A DNA stretch of 64,000 bases from Eledone cirrhosa (GCA_964016885.1 OZ024751.1:35278001-35342000), one strand, 5' to 3'; positions 29,161 to 43,440 are shown, counted from the first letter of the stretch. Notes: generated by a model from the sequence alone, not told the origin. A program made the numbers and translations.

Positions 29161-29294
29161 CAGAATCGACGTCAGTACTAGACAGGTACTTTATTTATCG
29201 ACCACCAAACAGATGAAAGGTAAAGTTGACAACGTAGAAACAAAAGGAACAGATCAATATATGTCTTGTTAATTGTTCTAACGCTCAAAATAAC

Positions 29295-29328
<34 letters not shown>

Positions 29329-29484
29329 ATTTAAATCTCTCTTCTCCACTTAACAGCTTTGTTTTACATATATTTAATTATTTATTTATCTAATTATATT
29401 TGAGCTGCTGTCAATTACTGGCAATTATCAATGTAATGTCTTCTTCTAACATGGCTACATTACTTGCTAGATGTATTACACACA

Positions 29485-29564
<80 letters not shown>

Positions 29565-29642
29565 GGCAGCCACGTGCGGCGGCGATTTATATGATATAAT
29601 ATATAATATAATATAATGTAATATAATAAATATATATATATA

Positions 29643-29885
29643 TTTAAAGGTTAAACAAGGCTCAATGAATAAACCAAAGAATGAGGTATATAAATATTGA
29701 GTTTTGTCATATCTTATTCACTACCATGACTGAATCTTAACCATCTACTAAGTCAGGGTATGTCATGCATCAGCTTATTTTATCTGATGAGGAAGTACAG
29801 TTGAAGAAAGCTCAGTACCTCTGAAATATGTATAATAAAATATACTTGATCACACGAATGTCTATTTTTGTTAATATTTTGAATT
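29643..29885 (+). mobile_element. Penelope-like terminal-repeat fragment (family A) carrying a hammerhead
   Basis: Homologous in reverse orientation to about 32985-33243, with related pieces at about 4640-4722, 5826-5985, 56560-56760 and 61961-62070. All are bounded by (TA)-rich runs. The Penelope assignment is inferred from ribozyme type; no RT or GIY-YIG ORF was seen. Confidence 0.65.
29776..29842 (+). ncRNA. Type I minimal hammerhead ribozyme motif (family A)
   Basis: tattttat-CTGATGA(29784-29790)-ggaagtac...gtacctct-GAAA(29823-29826)-tatgta-TA-ataaaata. Perfect 8-bp stem I; predicted cleavage after 29834. Confidence 0.75.
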
Positions 29886-29899
29886 AATTATATATATAT

Positions 29900-30111
29900 A
29901 TAAATAAATTATACAATTATCAAAGTTGTGTTCAAATCATTTAATAGTTGACAATCGTTTCTTCCAAACTCTCGTTTGGAATCATCGGAGCATTATCAAT
30001 ATGTGCAAACATTGATAATGCTCCGATGACTCTAAACTAGAGTTTTGAAGAAACGATTGTCAGCTATTAAATGATTTGAACACAACTTTGATAATTGTAT
30101 AATTTATTTAT
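29900..30111. repeat. Long inverted repeat (about 101-bp arms, 10-nt loop), each arm holding a hammerhead-like motif with a CCGATGA core
   Basis: Minus arm: gct-CCGATGA-ttccaaac-gaga-gtttggaa-GAAA-cgattg-TC-aac. Plus arm: gct-CCGATGA(30023-30029)...GAAA(30050-30053)-cgattg-TC-agc. Confidence 0.85.
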
Positions 30112-30235
30112 TTAACTGCTCTGTAAAACAACTGATGTTCATACATTGAGCTATTTCTCTTACTGGTAATAAGGTAATTAAGAAATTACTGACCTTCCTA
30201 TTTATAGTTGTTTATACTATATACATAACTATAAA

Positions 30236-30278
<43 letters not shown>

Positions 30279-31009
30279 TATATAATAATTTCACCAATTT
30301 TTTCATTTATTCTTTATTCTCTATTTATTATTTATTTTCTGTTTTCTTCATTTATTGCCTTCTATCTCTTCATATACATGGAAGAACCCCCACCACCACC
30401 ACCACCACTACGGGAGATGGTGGCGGGAGGGATGAAAAAACACACACAGATACTTCTAAATTGTCAGCAGCAGCAAGACATAAGCTGACCACAACACCAA
30501 CAACACTACCAAAATAAGGGTAGAGGTCTGATGTACTTAACAATAACAAACACTACAGGGAGCCTCACCCCAGAAAGAATTTCTATAGACTTCTGACTGA
30601 GGAATGCTCTCAAAACTGACCAATGGGAAGTTTGACATTTTTTTGTTATTTTGTTCCTTTACCACCTTGTTCCTTCTACCACTTTATCAATTTTTTAAGC
30701 TAACCCCAACAATAACAACACTACCAACTCAAGAATTGAAGTCAGATGTACCTAACAATAACAAGAACAACAACTACAGATTGGCTTGCCTCAGAACGAA
30801 TTCCTATAGACTTTTGAATGAGGAATGTTCTAACAACTGACCAATGAGAGGAGAAGAGGCCCTTTGACACTGAAATTCGTTTGTTTGAATTCATATGATT
30901 CCAGTTCCTCAGTGAAATAACAACCCAACCAGGAACTGGGCATATCAGAGTATTGACAAAATTATACACCTCAACAACATATGTACTTGTCTATACCACA
31001 CTAATTCGG

Positions 31010-31072
31010 ACTGCCTGAAGAGGTCACAGCCAAAGAGCCAAAGATGGCTGTCACCGAAATATATATAGCAGT
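31010..31072 (+). ncRNA. Type I minimal hammerhead ribozyme motif (family D), best-preserved copy
   Basis: actgc-CTGAAGA-ggtcacagcca-(12 nt)-tggctgtcacc-GAAA-tatata-TA-gcagt: 5-bp stem I, 10/11-bp stem II with G-C closure, palindromic stem III. Confidence 0.8.
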
Positions 31073-31118
31073 AATAAACGAAGCTAAATTTTAAACATTT
31101 GACTTATTTATTTTACTT

Positions 31119-31173
<55 letters not shown>

Positions 31174-31504
31174 TGAAATTCGTATGCAAGCCGGTACGGC
31201 TCGTTTTGAGCACACAACCCGGAATAACTTACCTATATATATATATATATATAAATCAGGAGTGTTGGATATAAACTTAGCAATAAAGTTTGACATATAT
31301 ATATAGAGAGAGAGAGAGAGAGAATAGAAAACAAAAAATCAGTGCTGCATCTGAACTCAATTTATTGTGTGTTACAATTGTTTCCCCGGCGGACAGCTCG
31401 AGACGCGATCATTGTGTGGATCTGTCTGATTCTGGACCCGCAGGTTCGACGGACACGTCTAATGATTTCGGACAATATTCTCTCATATATATATATATAT
31501 ACAT

Positions 31505-31657
31505 ATAGTTATGTAATAAACAACATAAGATAATTATTTCATTTACCAGTGGTTTCTTGAAAGCAAACAAATCTGATGACTGAAAGCAGATTTGTTTGCT
31601 TTCAAGAAACCACTGGTAAATGAAATAATTATCTTATGTTGTTTATTACATAACTAT
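31505..31657. repeat. Perfect inverted repeat (71-bp arms, 11-nt loop) centred on a hammerhead core (family C)
   Basis: Arms 31505-31575 and 31587-31657. The plus strand reads CTGATGA(31573-31579)-ctgaaagcagatttgtttgctttcaa-GAAA-ccactgg-TA. Flanking sequence to about 31722 is the reverse complement of 4172-4250. Confidence 0.9.
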
Positions 31658-31722
31658 TAAGCTCTGTAACTTGAATAGAGCACTCTTTTTTCCTGGACCT
31701 TTCCGACGGAATTACTTCACAT

Positions 31723-31759
<37 letters not shown>

Positions 31760-31874
31760 TACACATGTACATACATATAAATGCATATACATAATATAGT
31801 CACACTCAACTATCGCAAGAATCTAGTATGCTATTGAATATTGACCTTACTAGTTTAATACTGGTGTGGGAGAG

Positions 31875-31945
<71 letters not shown>

Positions 31946-32048
31946 AAATGTGCACATGGAAAAAAATGGTATAAACGACAAATAAATACAAATATCTCAA
32001 CTCCTCTTCAACCACTGCCTGGAAATACAATTTCGTACATCATTATTA

Positions 32049-32232
32049 TTGGCAGTATCGGTAGAGGGTCTGACGCCATGCTTTACAGCAAAGTGTTACG
32101 GCCCTTTATGGTCTGAGTTCAAATCCTGCCGAGGTTAACTTTGCTTTTCATCCTAAAGGGGGTCGATAAAATAAAGCACCAGTCATACACTGGAATAATT
32201 GCTGGCCTTGTGCCAAAAGTAGAAACGATTAT
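32049..32232 (+). mobile_element. Near full-length tRNA-derived SINE
   Basis: A-box-like tggcagtatcgg, B-box gagttcaaatc, family core, 3' end gccaaaagtagaaacgattatt. Confidence 0.85.
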
Positions 32233-32593
32233 TCTAGCCAAGTCCTACATATAATATATATATATTATATATATATATAAGGGTAAGCTTGACATATATA
32301 CATCTGACTGTGTATACATACACACAGATGGTAATCTACCGCCAAAATTAATTGTTCCCACGTGACCAAACTACGTAGGTATTAACCCAATTATTGCTTT
32401 TTTTGCATTGATATTTTATTGTCTATCTCTGTCTGACTGTTGTTGTCGTTGTTGTTGTTGTTTCGGTAACTGCTACTGTTTAGCCCCAGGTCAGTTCTCA
32501 TCCAAGAAATCTATGGTCAACCATTTCCGACCTAATTTTCTTCTTCGCTCTGAGTGTTTCTCCCTCACGACACACACGTATTTATACAAAGAT

Positions 32594-32689
<96 letters not shown>

Positions 32690-32739
32690 GGAGGGAGGGG
32701 TATACAAAGATATATATATGTATTTATACAAAGATACAT

Positions 32740-32773
<34 letters not shown>

Positions 32774-32817
32774 GGAGGGAGGGGTATACAAAGATATATA
32801 TGTATTTATACAAAGAT

Positions 32818-32867
<50 letters not shown>

Positions 32868-32944
32868 GGAGGGAGGGGTATACAAAGATATATATATATA
32901 TATACTTCCAGATTGTAACATTGTGATGTTACCGCATCTTAACC

Positions 32945-32989
<45 letters not shown>

Positions 32990-33029
32990 TCAAAATATTA
33001 ACAAAAATAGAACTTCTTGTGATCAAGTA

Positions 33030-33096
33030 TATTTTATTATACATATTTCAGAGGTACTGAGCTAACTTCAACAGTACGTCTTCATCAGATAAAATA
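33030..33096 (-). ncRNA. Type I minimal hammerhead ribozyme motif (family A)
   Basis: Minus strand: tattttat-CTGATGA-agacgtactg...cagtacctct-GAAA-tatgta-TA-ataaaata. Confidence 0.75.
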
Positions 33097-33232
33097 AATG
33101 ATGCATGACATACCCTGACATAGTAGATGGTTAAGATCCAGTCATGGTAATAACTCCGGAAAACCATGTCTGTTGAGTGCTTCCAATCTATTCTAAAACT
33201 AATTCTTTGATTTATTCATTGAACCTTGTTTA

Positions 33233-33364
<132 letters not shown>

Positions 33365-33555
33365 TCATAAAAAGTTAACTAGAATATGTTTTGATAAAAT
33401 GAAATTGACATTATATCAACATGAAGATACACTGAAGATACACTTCAAAAGTATAGAGATAGATAACTTAAGATGCAATGAATTCGTAAACTTCCCTACG
33501 CACATTCTTACTCTATTTTATCCTCTCTCTCTCTCTCTCTCTCTCCATCTCTCTC

Positions 33556-33636
<81 letters not shown>

Positions 33637-34068
33637 GCGCGCACACACACACACAGCCTGGTTGTTTAGTGCAATAAATACACGCGCGTGAAGACACAGA
33701 TATACATACACACACACACGTATATGTATGAGTGTGTATGTATGTAGTATAAACACACACACACACATATATATATATACAAACAAACATTAATACAATA
33801 AATAAAAAAAACTCACTCCACCAATATTTATTTTTCCTACTCATGAGAGCGATAAATTAAGACAGAAAAGTCAGTTATTTGACCTTTTGTTATTACAAGT
33901 ATCGATCAACAAGTTGTACTAGTGTCAGTGGTAGCAAGAGAATGTTGTGAGGCTCATGCCTTTTTCCACCGCAGCACCGATAAAAAAAGCGAATTCTGTG
34001 TCGCAGATTCTCTTCACCAGCCACATGACATAACGCCTACGCAAAAGTCTTTGACGCAACCACACAGG

Positions 34069-34112
<44 letters not shown>

Positions 34113-34124
34113 TATATTCATATG

Positions 34125-34159
<35 letters not shown>

Positions 34160-34166
34160 TCATATG

Positions 34167-34237
<71 letters not shown>

Positions 34238-35115
34238 GGTACACCCACACAGACATCCACAGACATACATTAACACACAAGCTCACACATGTTTATAGCA
34301 GCCAGACACATCCACCATATATACATCTATACATATACACGGATGCACATACACACACATAATCCATACACACACATACATACATAGATCCATACACATA
34401 CACACGCATCCACATACATACATTGACACACAAACACATAAACACATACACATATGTTTCTATATCCAGACATATCCACGACATTTCTAATGTCAGCAGT
34501 GACCTGCAGCACCCCCCCTCCCTCCCCCCACACCCCTCCTATATTGATTTCTCGAAATATCTCAACCGTGCTTAAACATCAAATGCCATTTACAATAATT
34601 TTAAATATAAATTTATGTTTATGTTTGTTTTTAGTTTTTATTTCACTTCATTTTTTGTCACTATTTGTTAGTTATTAGTTTTTTATACTCTAAACAATTC
34701 TATTTTCCCAGCCACAATACATCTTATACATTTACTTGCTGGTTCTTTCATCACCATTTCACTAAGTGTGTTAAAATTCTACGATTACCTGATGAGGTCC
34801 CATGAAGCAAGTCCGGATTTGTCTCTTTCCGAAATAATTTAAATTCTAGTCTCTTACCTCAATCCACTTTATATAATCTATATTATACATTTATTTAGTG
34901 ATACCCCCATCACTACTTTGGTTAGTACGGTGGAAGTATATCATTGCCTGATGAGGTCCTATGAAGACGGATCTTGTTTAATAATTGTTTCTACTTTTGG
35001 CACAAGGCCAGCAATTACCCCAGTGAATTACTGGTGCTTGATTTTATTGACCCCGGAAAGATGAAAGGCAGCTAATTAATTTGTCTCCCGTTCTTTTTGA
35101 AATAATTTTATCAGA

Positions 35116-35286
35116 TCGGACCAAGGAAATAATGTTTCCATTGGTCTTTCCTTTGTTATTTTCCAGAGATGACTGCCAGGTCGGACCAAGGAAATAATGT
35201 TTCCATTGGTCTTTCCTTTGTTATTTTCCAGAGATGACTGCCAGGTCGGACCAAGGAAATAATGTTTCCATTGGTCTGTCCTTTAT
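35116..35286. repeat. 65-bp tandem repeat, about 2.6 units
   Basis: tcggaccaaggaaataatgtttccattggtct... at 35116, 35181, 35246. Confidence 0.9.
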
Positions 35287-36418
35287 TGTAACTTATCTTC
35301 CGGGCTCTAACAGAAGTGTCACAGCTTTTCCGAGTATAGGTGTCAGAGATTTGAACTAAGAACCTCCCATAGTCGAAACCGAAACCTCACATCATCCAGG
35401 CCGTCTCTTTAACAATTCCGACAATATAACTTTTTATTTTTTTATAAATAAAAAAATATTTCTAAAATATCATCTAAGTCTTATATACGAACTCGACTTA
35501 TCTGATAGCTTGATATTTACCAAGACGTCGTAAATTTCTAATAATTGTACCTAACATATTTATGTAGGATATTTTCTCTGTAACTGACAGCTCCTCTAGT
35601 CTGATGTTATCATGTTCAGGTATGTTCATCTCTACTGTTATCATGTTGTTTTAATAAAATGTTTACTCTTATAGTCAAGCTGTTTTTGCTTTCTCTTGTA
35701 AATTACAAGATGTTATCATTAAAAAGATTTTCCCTCCCGTCTCGTCGCATGTTTACACAGTTTTATTGTTTTCTTCTCTTGTTATGGTGGAACTATGTTT
35801 TAATAATATTAGATGCTTTCTCAGAATTACACGAAATATTCCTGGCTAAGGAGAATGAGTGCCTTATTTACCATCAAATGTTGTAACTATTTCAAGTTAC
35901 ATTCGCCATATTATCTCCACTAAATCTTAACTATTGTTTTTTCGGTCATTTTATTTTTCTATGGGAAACTTCGACATTGTATACAATTTTATCTTTTTAT
36001 CCTTATCAATCTTTGCTTGTATGTATATATGTATGTATGTGTATATGTGTATATGTGTATATATATGTATGTGTATATGCATATATGTATGTATGTATAT
36101 ATGTATGTATATATGTATATGTATGTATGTATGTATGTATGTATATATGTATATATGTGTGTGTATATGTATGCATGTACGGTCCCTACCTCCTGGTGGA
36201 TTTGTAGGAACGCCGTAGTGACATACAGGTGAGTATTTGACATGTTTAAACCTGGCGAGGCCCCTCCCCTCTCTATGTCTGAACACGGCCAATTTCCTCC
36301 AGAGAGGAAGAGGGAGTGATAAAAAGATATATATAAGAATAGACTCCCAAAATTAAACTTGTACTTTATTTAACAACCTCGATAGTAGGGAGTTTCTGAG
36401 CTGTAGTTGAGCAAGGGG

Positions 36419-36470
<52 letters not shown>

Positions 36471-37122
36471 ACATACATGGGGGGTCTCCGTCAATTCCGA
36501 AGATGGTTGTTCCAATTTGTTTGATCAACTGCACAACCTTCTCATGAAACTAATGTGCCCTTAATGGACTTCTCAGGGAGATTCGGCGTGACAATGCTGG
36601 TCCTTTGAATCCCAGCTACAGCCGAGTGGACATAAGGAACATGAAATAAATATCTTGCTCAAGGACACAACACACAGCAAGAAATCAAACACAATCGTAA
36701 ACCGAACACTCTAACCATTGGGCCACACACCTTCACTATATACACATACATATATCTATTGACAAATATATGAACGCATGAATACATTTATTCTTGAACA
36801 CTCATGCGCATGCACAGCAGCCAGGCAAACATGTTCAAGCATGCGCATATGAAGTGTATAATTTCTATAGTTTATACCGATGCACATACGAGTAGATACA
36901 TACACAGGTACACATAAGTATTTACACTGAGTGTGTGTATATATATATGTGTGTGTGTGTGTTTGTAGTATGTATATATAAGTATATATGAACATATACA
37001 GACAGACAGACAGACAGACAGAAGCACACGTCTTCATATATCCGTAATTAAATTCGTTTCACTTGGTCAGTAGACCAAAATATTGGTTATTTCTCCACTT
37101 GGCACAAATATCCTCAGTAGAA

Positions 37123-38288
37123 CATACATACATACATACACACATACACACATACATACATACATACATACACATACATACATACACACATACATACATA
37201 CACACATACATACATACACACATACATACATACACACATACATACATACACACATACATACATACATACATACATACACACATACACACATACATACATA
37301 CATACATACATACATACATACACACACACATACATACACACATACATACATACACACATACATACACACATACATACACACATACATACACACACACATA
37401 CACACACACATACACACATACATACATACATACACACATACATACATACATACATACACACATACATACATACACACATACATAAACACATACATACATA
37501 CATACATACATACATACATACATACATACATACACACATACATACATACACACATACATACATACACACATACATACATACACACATACATACATACACA
37601 CACACACACATACATACATACATACATACACACATACACACACACATACACACACACATACACACATACATACATACATACATACATACACACACACATA
37701 CATACATACATACATACATACATACATACATACATACACACATACATACATACACACATACATAAACACATACATACATACATACATACATACATACATA
37801 CATACATACATACACACATACATACACACATACATACATACATACACACACACATACACACACATACACACATACATACATACATACATACATACATACA
37901 CACATACATACATACATACATACATGCATACATACACACATACATATATATACATACATACACACATACATACATACATGCATACATACATACATACACA
38001 CATGCATACATACATACATACATACACACATACACACATACATACACACACACACATACATACACACACACATACATACATACATACATATATGCATACA
38101 TACACACATACATACACACATACATACATACATACATACATACATACATACATACACACACACATACACACACATACATACATACATACATACATACATA
38201 CATACACACACACATACATACACACACACATACACACATACACACATACATACACACACACACACATACACACATACATACATACATA
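37123..38288. repeat. About 1.2-kb (CATA)/(CA) compound microsatellite
   Basis: Direct inspection; source of the 400-aa MYVC/HTYI ORFs. Confidence 0.95.
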
Positions 38289-38792
38289 AGTATGTAAGTA
38301 AGTATGTATGTATATTTATTGATAGCAAGACACAAAGCTCTGAAACCTCAGATTTATATAAGCCATTTTTTTTTCCTTTGAAGATTTAATATATAAGAGT
38401 TAATATATACCACGATATGGCCAGACGTGACTGGTCGAGTCAATGGTAGGGTATCGTCTTACTAGTCGAATATTTATTGTTTCGGCAAGCTGCTCGTCAG
38501 TGGCTCTGTCGTGTTTTACTTAAGATCAAGTTACTTATCGCTCTGTCACCATTTCTTAAACAGTCCAGTTTAAAACAGGTCACGTCTTGGAAACTAAAAT
38601 AACACACCATGAAGAAGAATGGATGTATTATATATTAATAAATTTTATATTTTAGAATTTCTTATTATATAATAGGATTTCTTTTTAATAGGATTAGTTA
38701 GTATATTGTTAATATAGATAAGGTTTTATTTGAGGAAGGGGTAGAAGGGGTTTTTCTTTTTTTTCTTTTTAAATTATATTTTAATGCTGATA

Positions 38793-38910
38793 CAGTGTAA
38801 CCTCGGTTCACGAACACCTCACGTTACAAATAAATCGGTTCACAAACAATTTTTTCCAAACATAAAACGTCTCGGTTCTCGAATAGTGTCTCGGGTAACG
38901 AACATGCAAG
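38793..38910 (+). mobile_element. Possible pogo/Tigger-like DNA transposon end
   Basis: TA followed by CAGTGTAACCTCGGTTCACGAAC, with subterminal tcggttc.c.aa repeats. Only a partial opposite end (ccgaggtt, about 39254). Confidence 0.45.
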
Positions 38911-39995
38911 CCGGCAACAACGCTTGGCAACAACGGTTGACAACAAGCTTGGAGTATCGGCAGGAAAGCATCACTTGCTGTATAGTTATTTGTTGTGTCA
39001 CTGGCCTGAGGTGGGGGTTAAAAGCTCGTTGTTTGTCTGACATGAGGGCCTGTGTGGTTGACCTGAGATGACCAAAACCATACCTGTTTTACGACATGAG
39101 GGCCTGTGTTACTGACCTGAGACAGCCGAAAGTTTACCTGTTTTACGACGCAATTAACATCGATGTCCACCAATGACAAATTATAACAAAAATAGAAAAA
39201 CAAATGATTGGAGAGTTTTAGCAATTGTCAGTGAACGATGACCGGTCATTGACCCGAGGTTATCGAAAAAGTTGTGTGACAAGTGGACAAGACAACACAC
39301 ATCGAACTAAATCCATATAACTTTGAGATCGATTAGAAAAATCAGGGTGGACAGAGGATGGTGACTGCCGTGTCTTATACGATTAATAATCGATTATAAA
39401 TATTATAGACAAAGACATGGCTGGGCAGTTAAGGAGTTCACTTCACAATCACGTGGTTCAGGTTTAAGTCACACTACGCGGGACCTTAGTCAAGTGTCTT
39501 CTTCTGAACCTTCCGGTTGACCAATGTCTTGTGAATGGAATTTGATAGACGGAGACTGTAGGAGCTCATAGTGTATACATATATATATATATATATATAT
39601 ATCCTTCTCAGGGAGAAATCTGCTGTTTCAGACATGGAGAGAAGATGGGCTCAGCCAGGTTAGAAAATACTCTAGAAGTGCCGTATGTCACTACGGCACC
39701 CCTATGTCACTACGGCACCCCTATCAATCCCTTGGGAATTACGGGTACATACAGACATACAGACAGACAGCTGACCTCGCTGTAAACCGTTCTCGTCTGA
39801 CCACTGCTGATATAGGCATAAACACCTCAACATCTCCTTAACAGATTCTCTATAAATCTGAATCCTTGTCTGTTTATATAAAGAAGTAATCAATAATGTC
39901 GTGGTTCGATAAGATTCGTTGTTTACTTTATCGATTATAATTTATGAGGAAGATATGCTTCGTTTCAGATCGGAATTAAGATATGGCCTTTGCTG

Positions 39996-40032
<37 letters not shown>

Positions 40033-40237
40033 TCACACACACACACATGCACACACACATACATACACACATATACACTCACACACACACACACACACTC
40101 TCACTCACACACACACATACACACTCACACATACACACACACATACACACACATACACTCACATACACACACACATACGCTCACACACACATGCATACAC
40201 ACACACATACACACACTCACACATACACATATCTATA

Positions 40238-40289
<52 letters not shown>

Positions 40290-40369
40290 TACACACACAG
40301 CGGCGCATGCACATTGATACATACGTATATAAACTGACACCCACACATCAATTATTCAATCAATATGAT

Positions 40370-40411
<42 letters not shown>

Positions 40412-41016
40412 GGCGGCGGCCGCGATCGTAGTGGTGGTGATGATGGTGACGGTGGTGGTGATAATGAAGATGATAATGGTAATGATGATTGTTAATGATG
40501 ATGATGATGATCATCATCATCATCATCATTACGATAATGATGACGACGACGACGATGATGATGATGATGATCATGATGATGATCATGATGATCATGATGG
40601 TGTCAACGATTATGTCTCACTCTGCCATGATATATAACTATCGGAGTCAATTTTTACTTTCATAACTTATGAAAGACAAATGATGTCGGATCGTGTGTTT
40701 AGTATTTTACGAAGACTTTAATCTAATATTTATATTAGTTGACATATATTTGCTTATTTTCCCGGTGTTTAAATATTAAACCGGCAAATCTAGGAGACTA
40801 TTTACACGCTGTCATTTCTATTGTGGATATTGCTATAGTAGCTTACTGTTGGACACGTGACACAGAAACCAATACAGAGATATCTTGGCTTACATCTTCC
40901 AACTAAATACACAATAGAATGACATCCGTTTGGAGTTGGTATTGTAACAGAAACACCTCGGCTTCCAGTTTGTATTCTGAGTGAGAGGAAAGACGTTAGT
41001 TTCGATTAGTTTCGAT

Positions 41017-41510
41017 ATATTGTAGTAGAAAGATCTTATCTTCAAGATGTATTGTGGTAGAGAGATCTTATCTTCAAGATGTATTGTAGTAGAAAGATCT
41101 TATCTTCAAGATGTATTGTGGTAGAGAGATCTTATCTTCAAGATGTATTGTAGTAGAAAGATCTTATCTTCAAGATGTATTGTGGTAGAGAGATCTTATC
41201 TTCAAGATGTATTGTGGTAGAGAGATCTTATCTTCAAGATGCATTGTGGTAGAGAGATCTTATCTTCAAGATGCATTGTGGTAGAGAGATCTTATCTTCA
41301 AGATGTATTGTAGTAGAAAGATCTTATCTTCAAGATGTATTGTGGTAGAGAGATCTTATCTTCAAGATGTATTGTAGTAGAAAGATCTTATCTTCAAGAT
41401 GTATTGTGGTAGAGAGATCTTATCTTCAAGATGTATTGTGGTAGAGAGATCTTATCTTCAAGATGTATTGTGGTAGAGAGATCTTATCTTCAAGATGTAT
41501 TGTGGTAGAA
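41017..41510. repeat. 32-bp minisatellite, about 15 units, two alternating variants
   Basis: gtattgtRgtagaRagatcttatcttcaagat with 32-bp period (41049, 41081 and onward). Confidence 0.95.
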
Positions 41511-41624
41511 GGACGTTGACTTTATATTACAATAGAATGACGTTAACTTCGTGATGTTTTATGATAAATACACTTGATTATTTTACAAAAATGTCATTAG
41601 TGATTAATCAACGTTAATAGAAAA

Positions 41625-41707
<83 letters not shown>

Positions 41708-41928
41708 GTGAATTGACAGAATCGTTAGAACGTTGGATAGAATACGGTCTTCGTTCTGGCTCTCTGCTTTCTGAGTTCAAAACCTGACAGGGTTAACTTA
41801 GGTCGTATTGGTGGTTGCGTGATGACTGCATCGCGTAATCATGGACACCACAGAAATATGTATTACGGCAAAGTCTGAATAAAATGAGTTATGAATATTT
41901 ACATCTGGCCTTCGCAATTATCCTTATT

Positions 41929-41977
<49 letters not shown>

Positions 41978-41984
<7 letters not shown>

Positions 41985-42259
41985 TACGGGAGAGGAGACT
42001 GAGGTGGTATGGACATGTGATGCGCATGGAGGATGACCGATGGGTGAAGAAGTGCCAGGAATTGCCAGTTGAAGGAAGACGTGGTAGAGGTAGACCACGA
42101 AAAACATGGGCGGAGGTGGTGAGAACAGACCTCAGATCATTGAAGCTCATGGTGGAGATGACGAGGGACCGTGACGAGTGGAGAGATGCTGTGCTGAATA
42201 AGACCCGTCCCACCCTTGCAAGCAGGGAAAAGCGGACGTAAAATGATGATGATGATGAT
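41978..42259 (+). mobile_element. 3' end of an RTE-clade LINE with (GAT)n tail
   Basis: RERRLRWYGHVMRM...GRRGRGRPRKTW...DRDEWR is the typical RTE ORF C-terminus; followed by aaatgatgatgat and flanked by (TA)n. Confidence 0.9.
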
Positions 42260-42307
42260 ATATATATATATATATATATTGTGCTACAATAAAAACTCAC
42301 CTCCTAC

Positions 42308-42365
<58 letters not shown>

Positions 42366-42526
42366 TACATATATATATACATATCATATATATATATCAT
42401 ATATATATATGGATTTTCGAATTGGAGTTTCACCCCGAAACTGGTTACCAACCCGGAGTAAACCTGAACTTCCACCAGGAAATCTTTCGTATAATTGAAA
42501 TTTTCTTTGCTTCTATATACGTGATA

Positions 42527-42862
42527 GCTGTCCCCTCGTTATCGAGTATGGCCATTGCACGGTATACCATTATTAATAATTATTAATTAATGCTATCGTG
42601 CAATACCTGTGCGTCAAGATATTTTTTAAAGTGAGGAAAGACTGTGCACTGAGCCAATCCCACTCTCTGAGCGACAGTAGCTATAACCCGAAAAGAAGAA
42701 AATATCAACATCATCGGTAACTACTGAGCCGCAGGTTTTATATTGGAGTCATCCCAGTTTCCTGAGTTGTCTTCTCCTAGAAGAATACCCTGACATGGGC
42801 TAGGGGTTCTTCACTCCCAGTGGTTTAACCACGCCATCGGGTGTCTAGCCCGACTATTTCTA
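42527..42862. mobile_element. About 335-bp dispersed repeat (copy 2)
   Basis: Colinear with 9310-9645, with nearly the same end points. Confidence 0.75.
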
Positions 42863-43020
42863 TGTGTGTGAGAAAGAGAGTGTGTACGTGAGAGAGTGTA
42901 CGTGTATGAGAGAGAGTATATGTGTGTAGGTGAGTGTGAGAGAGTGTATGTGTGTGAGAGAGAGAGTGTGTACGTGTGTGTGTCTTATAAACAGCTCGCT
43001 AAGGTTGTCAGGTGCCAAGC

Positions 43021-43034
43021 GTTGCCATAGTAAC
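43021..43034. promoter_or_regulatory. RFX X-box-like palindrome GTTGCCATAGTAAC
   Basis: Consensus match in a short unique island; TATAAA at 42986-42991. Motif match only. Confidence 0.3.
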
Positions 43035-43384
43035 TGCGGTGTTTTTTTTTTTATTTGCTTTGGTTGTTGTTGTATTCAGTGGTGGTGGTGGTGGTGGTGG
43101 TGATGGTGATGGTGGTGGTGGTGGTGGTGGTGATGGTGGTGGTGGTGGTGATGATGGTGATGATGATGATGGTGGTGATGGTGGTGGTGGTGATGATGAT
43201 GATGGTGGTGGTGATGGTGGTGTTAGTGGTGGTGGTGGTGATGGTGGTAGTGATGGTGGTGGTGATGGTGGTGGTGATGGTGGTGATGGTGGTGATGGTG
43301 GTGGTGATGGTGGTGATGGTGGCTGGTTGATAGCTCAGTATTTGACAAATGGATGGTTGGAAGGATGGATGAACGGTTATCTGA

Positions 43385-43439
<55 letters not shown>

Positions 43440-43440
43440 T

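Noticed and set aside
34785-35110. Two CTGATGAggtcc motifs as hammerheads
   Set aside because: Stems I and III cannot be formed convincingly and the second copy is split by a SINE; at best these are decayed remnants.
38470-38510. Minus-strand CTGACGA-gcagcttgcc-GAAA
   Set aside because: No stem I/III pairing or NUH in a compatible position.
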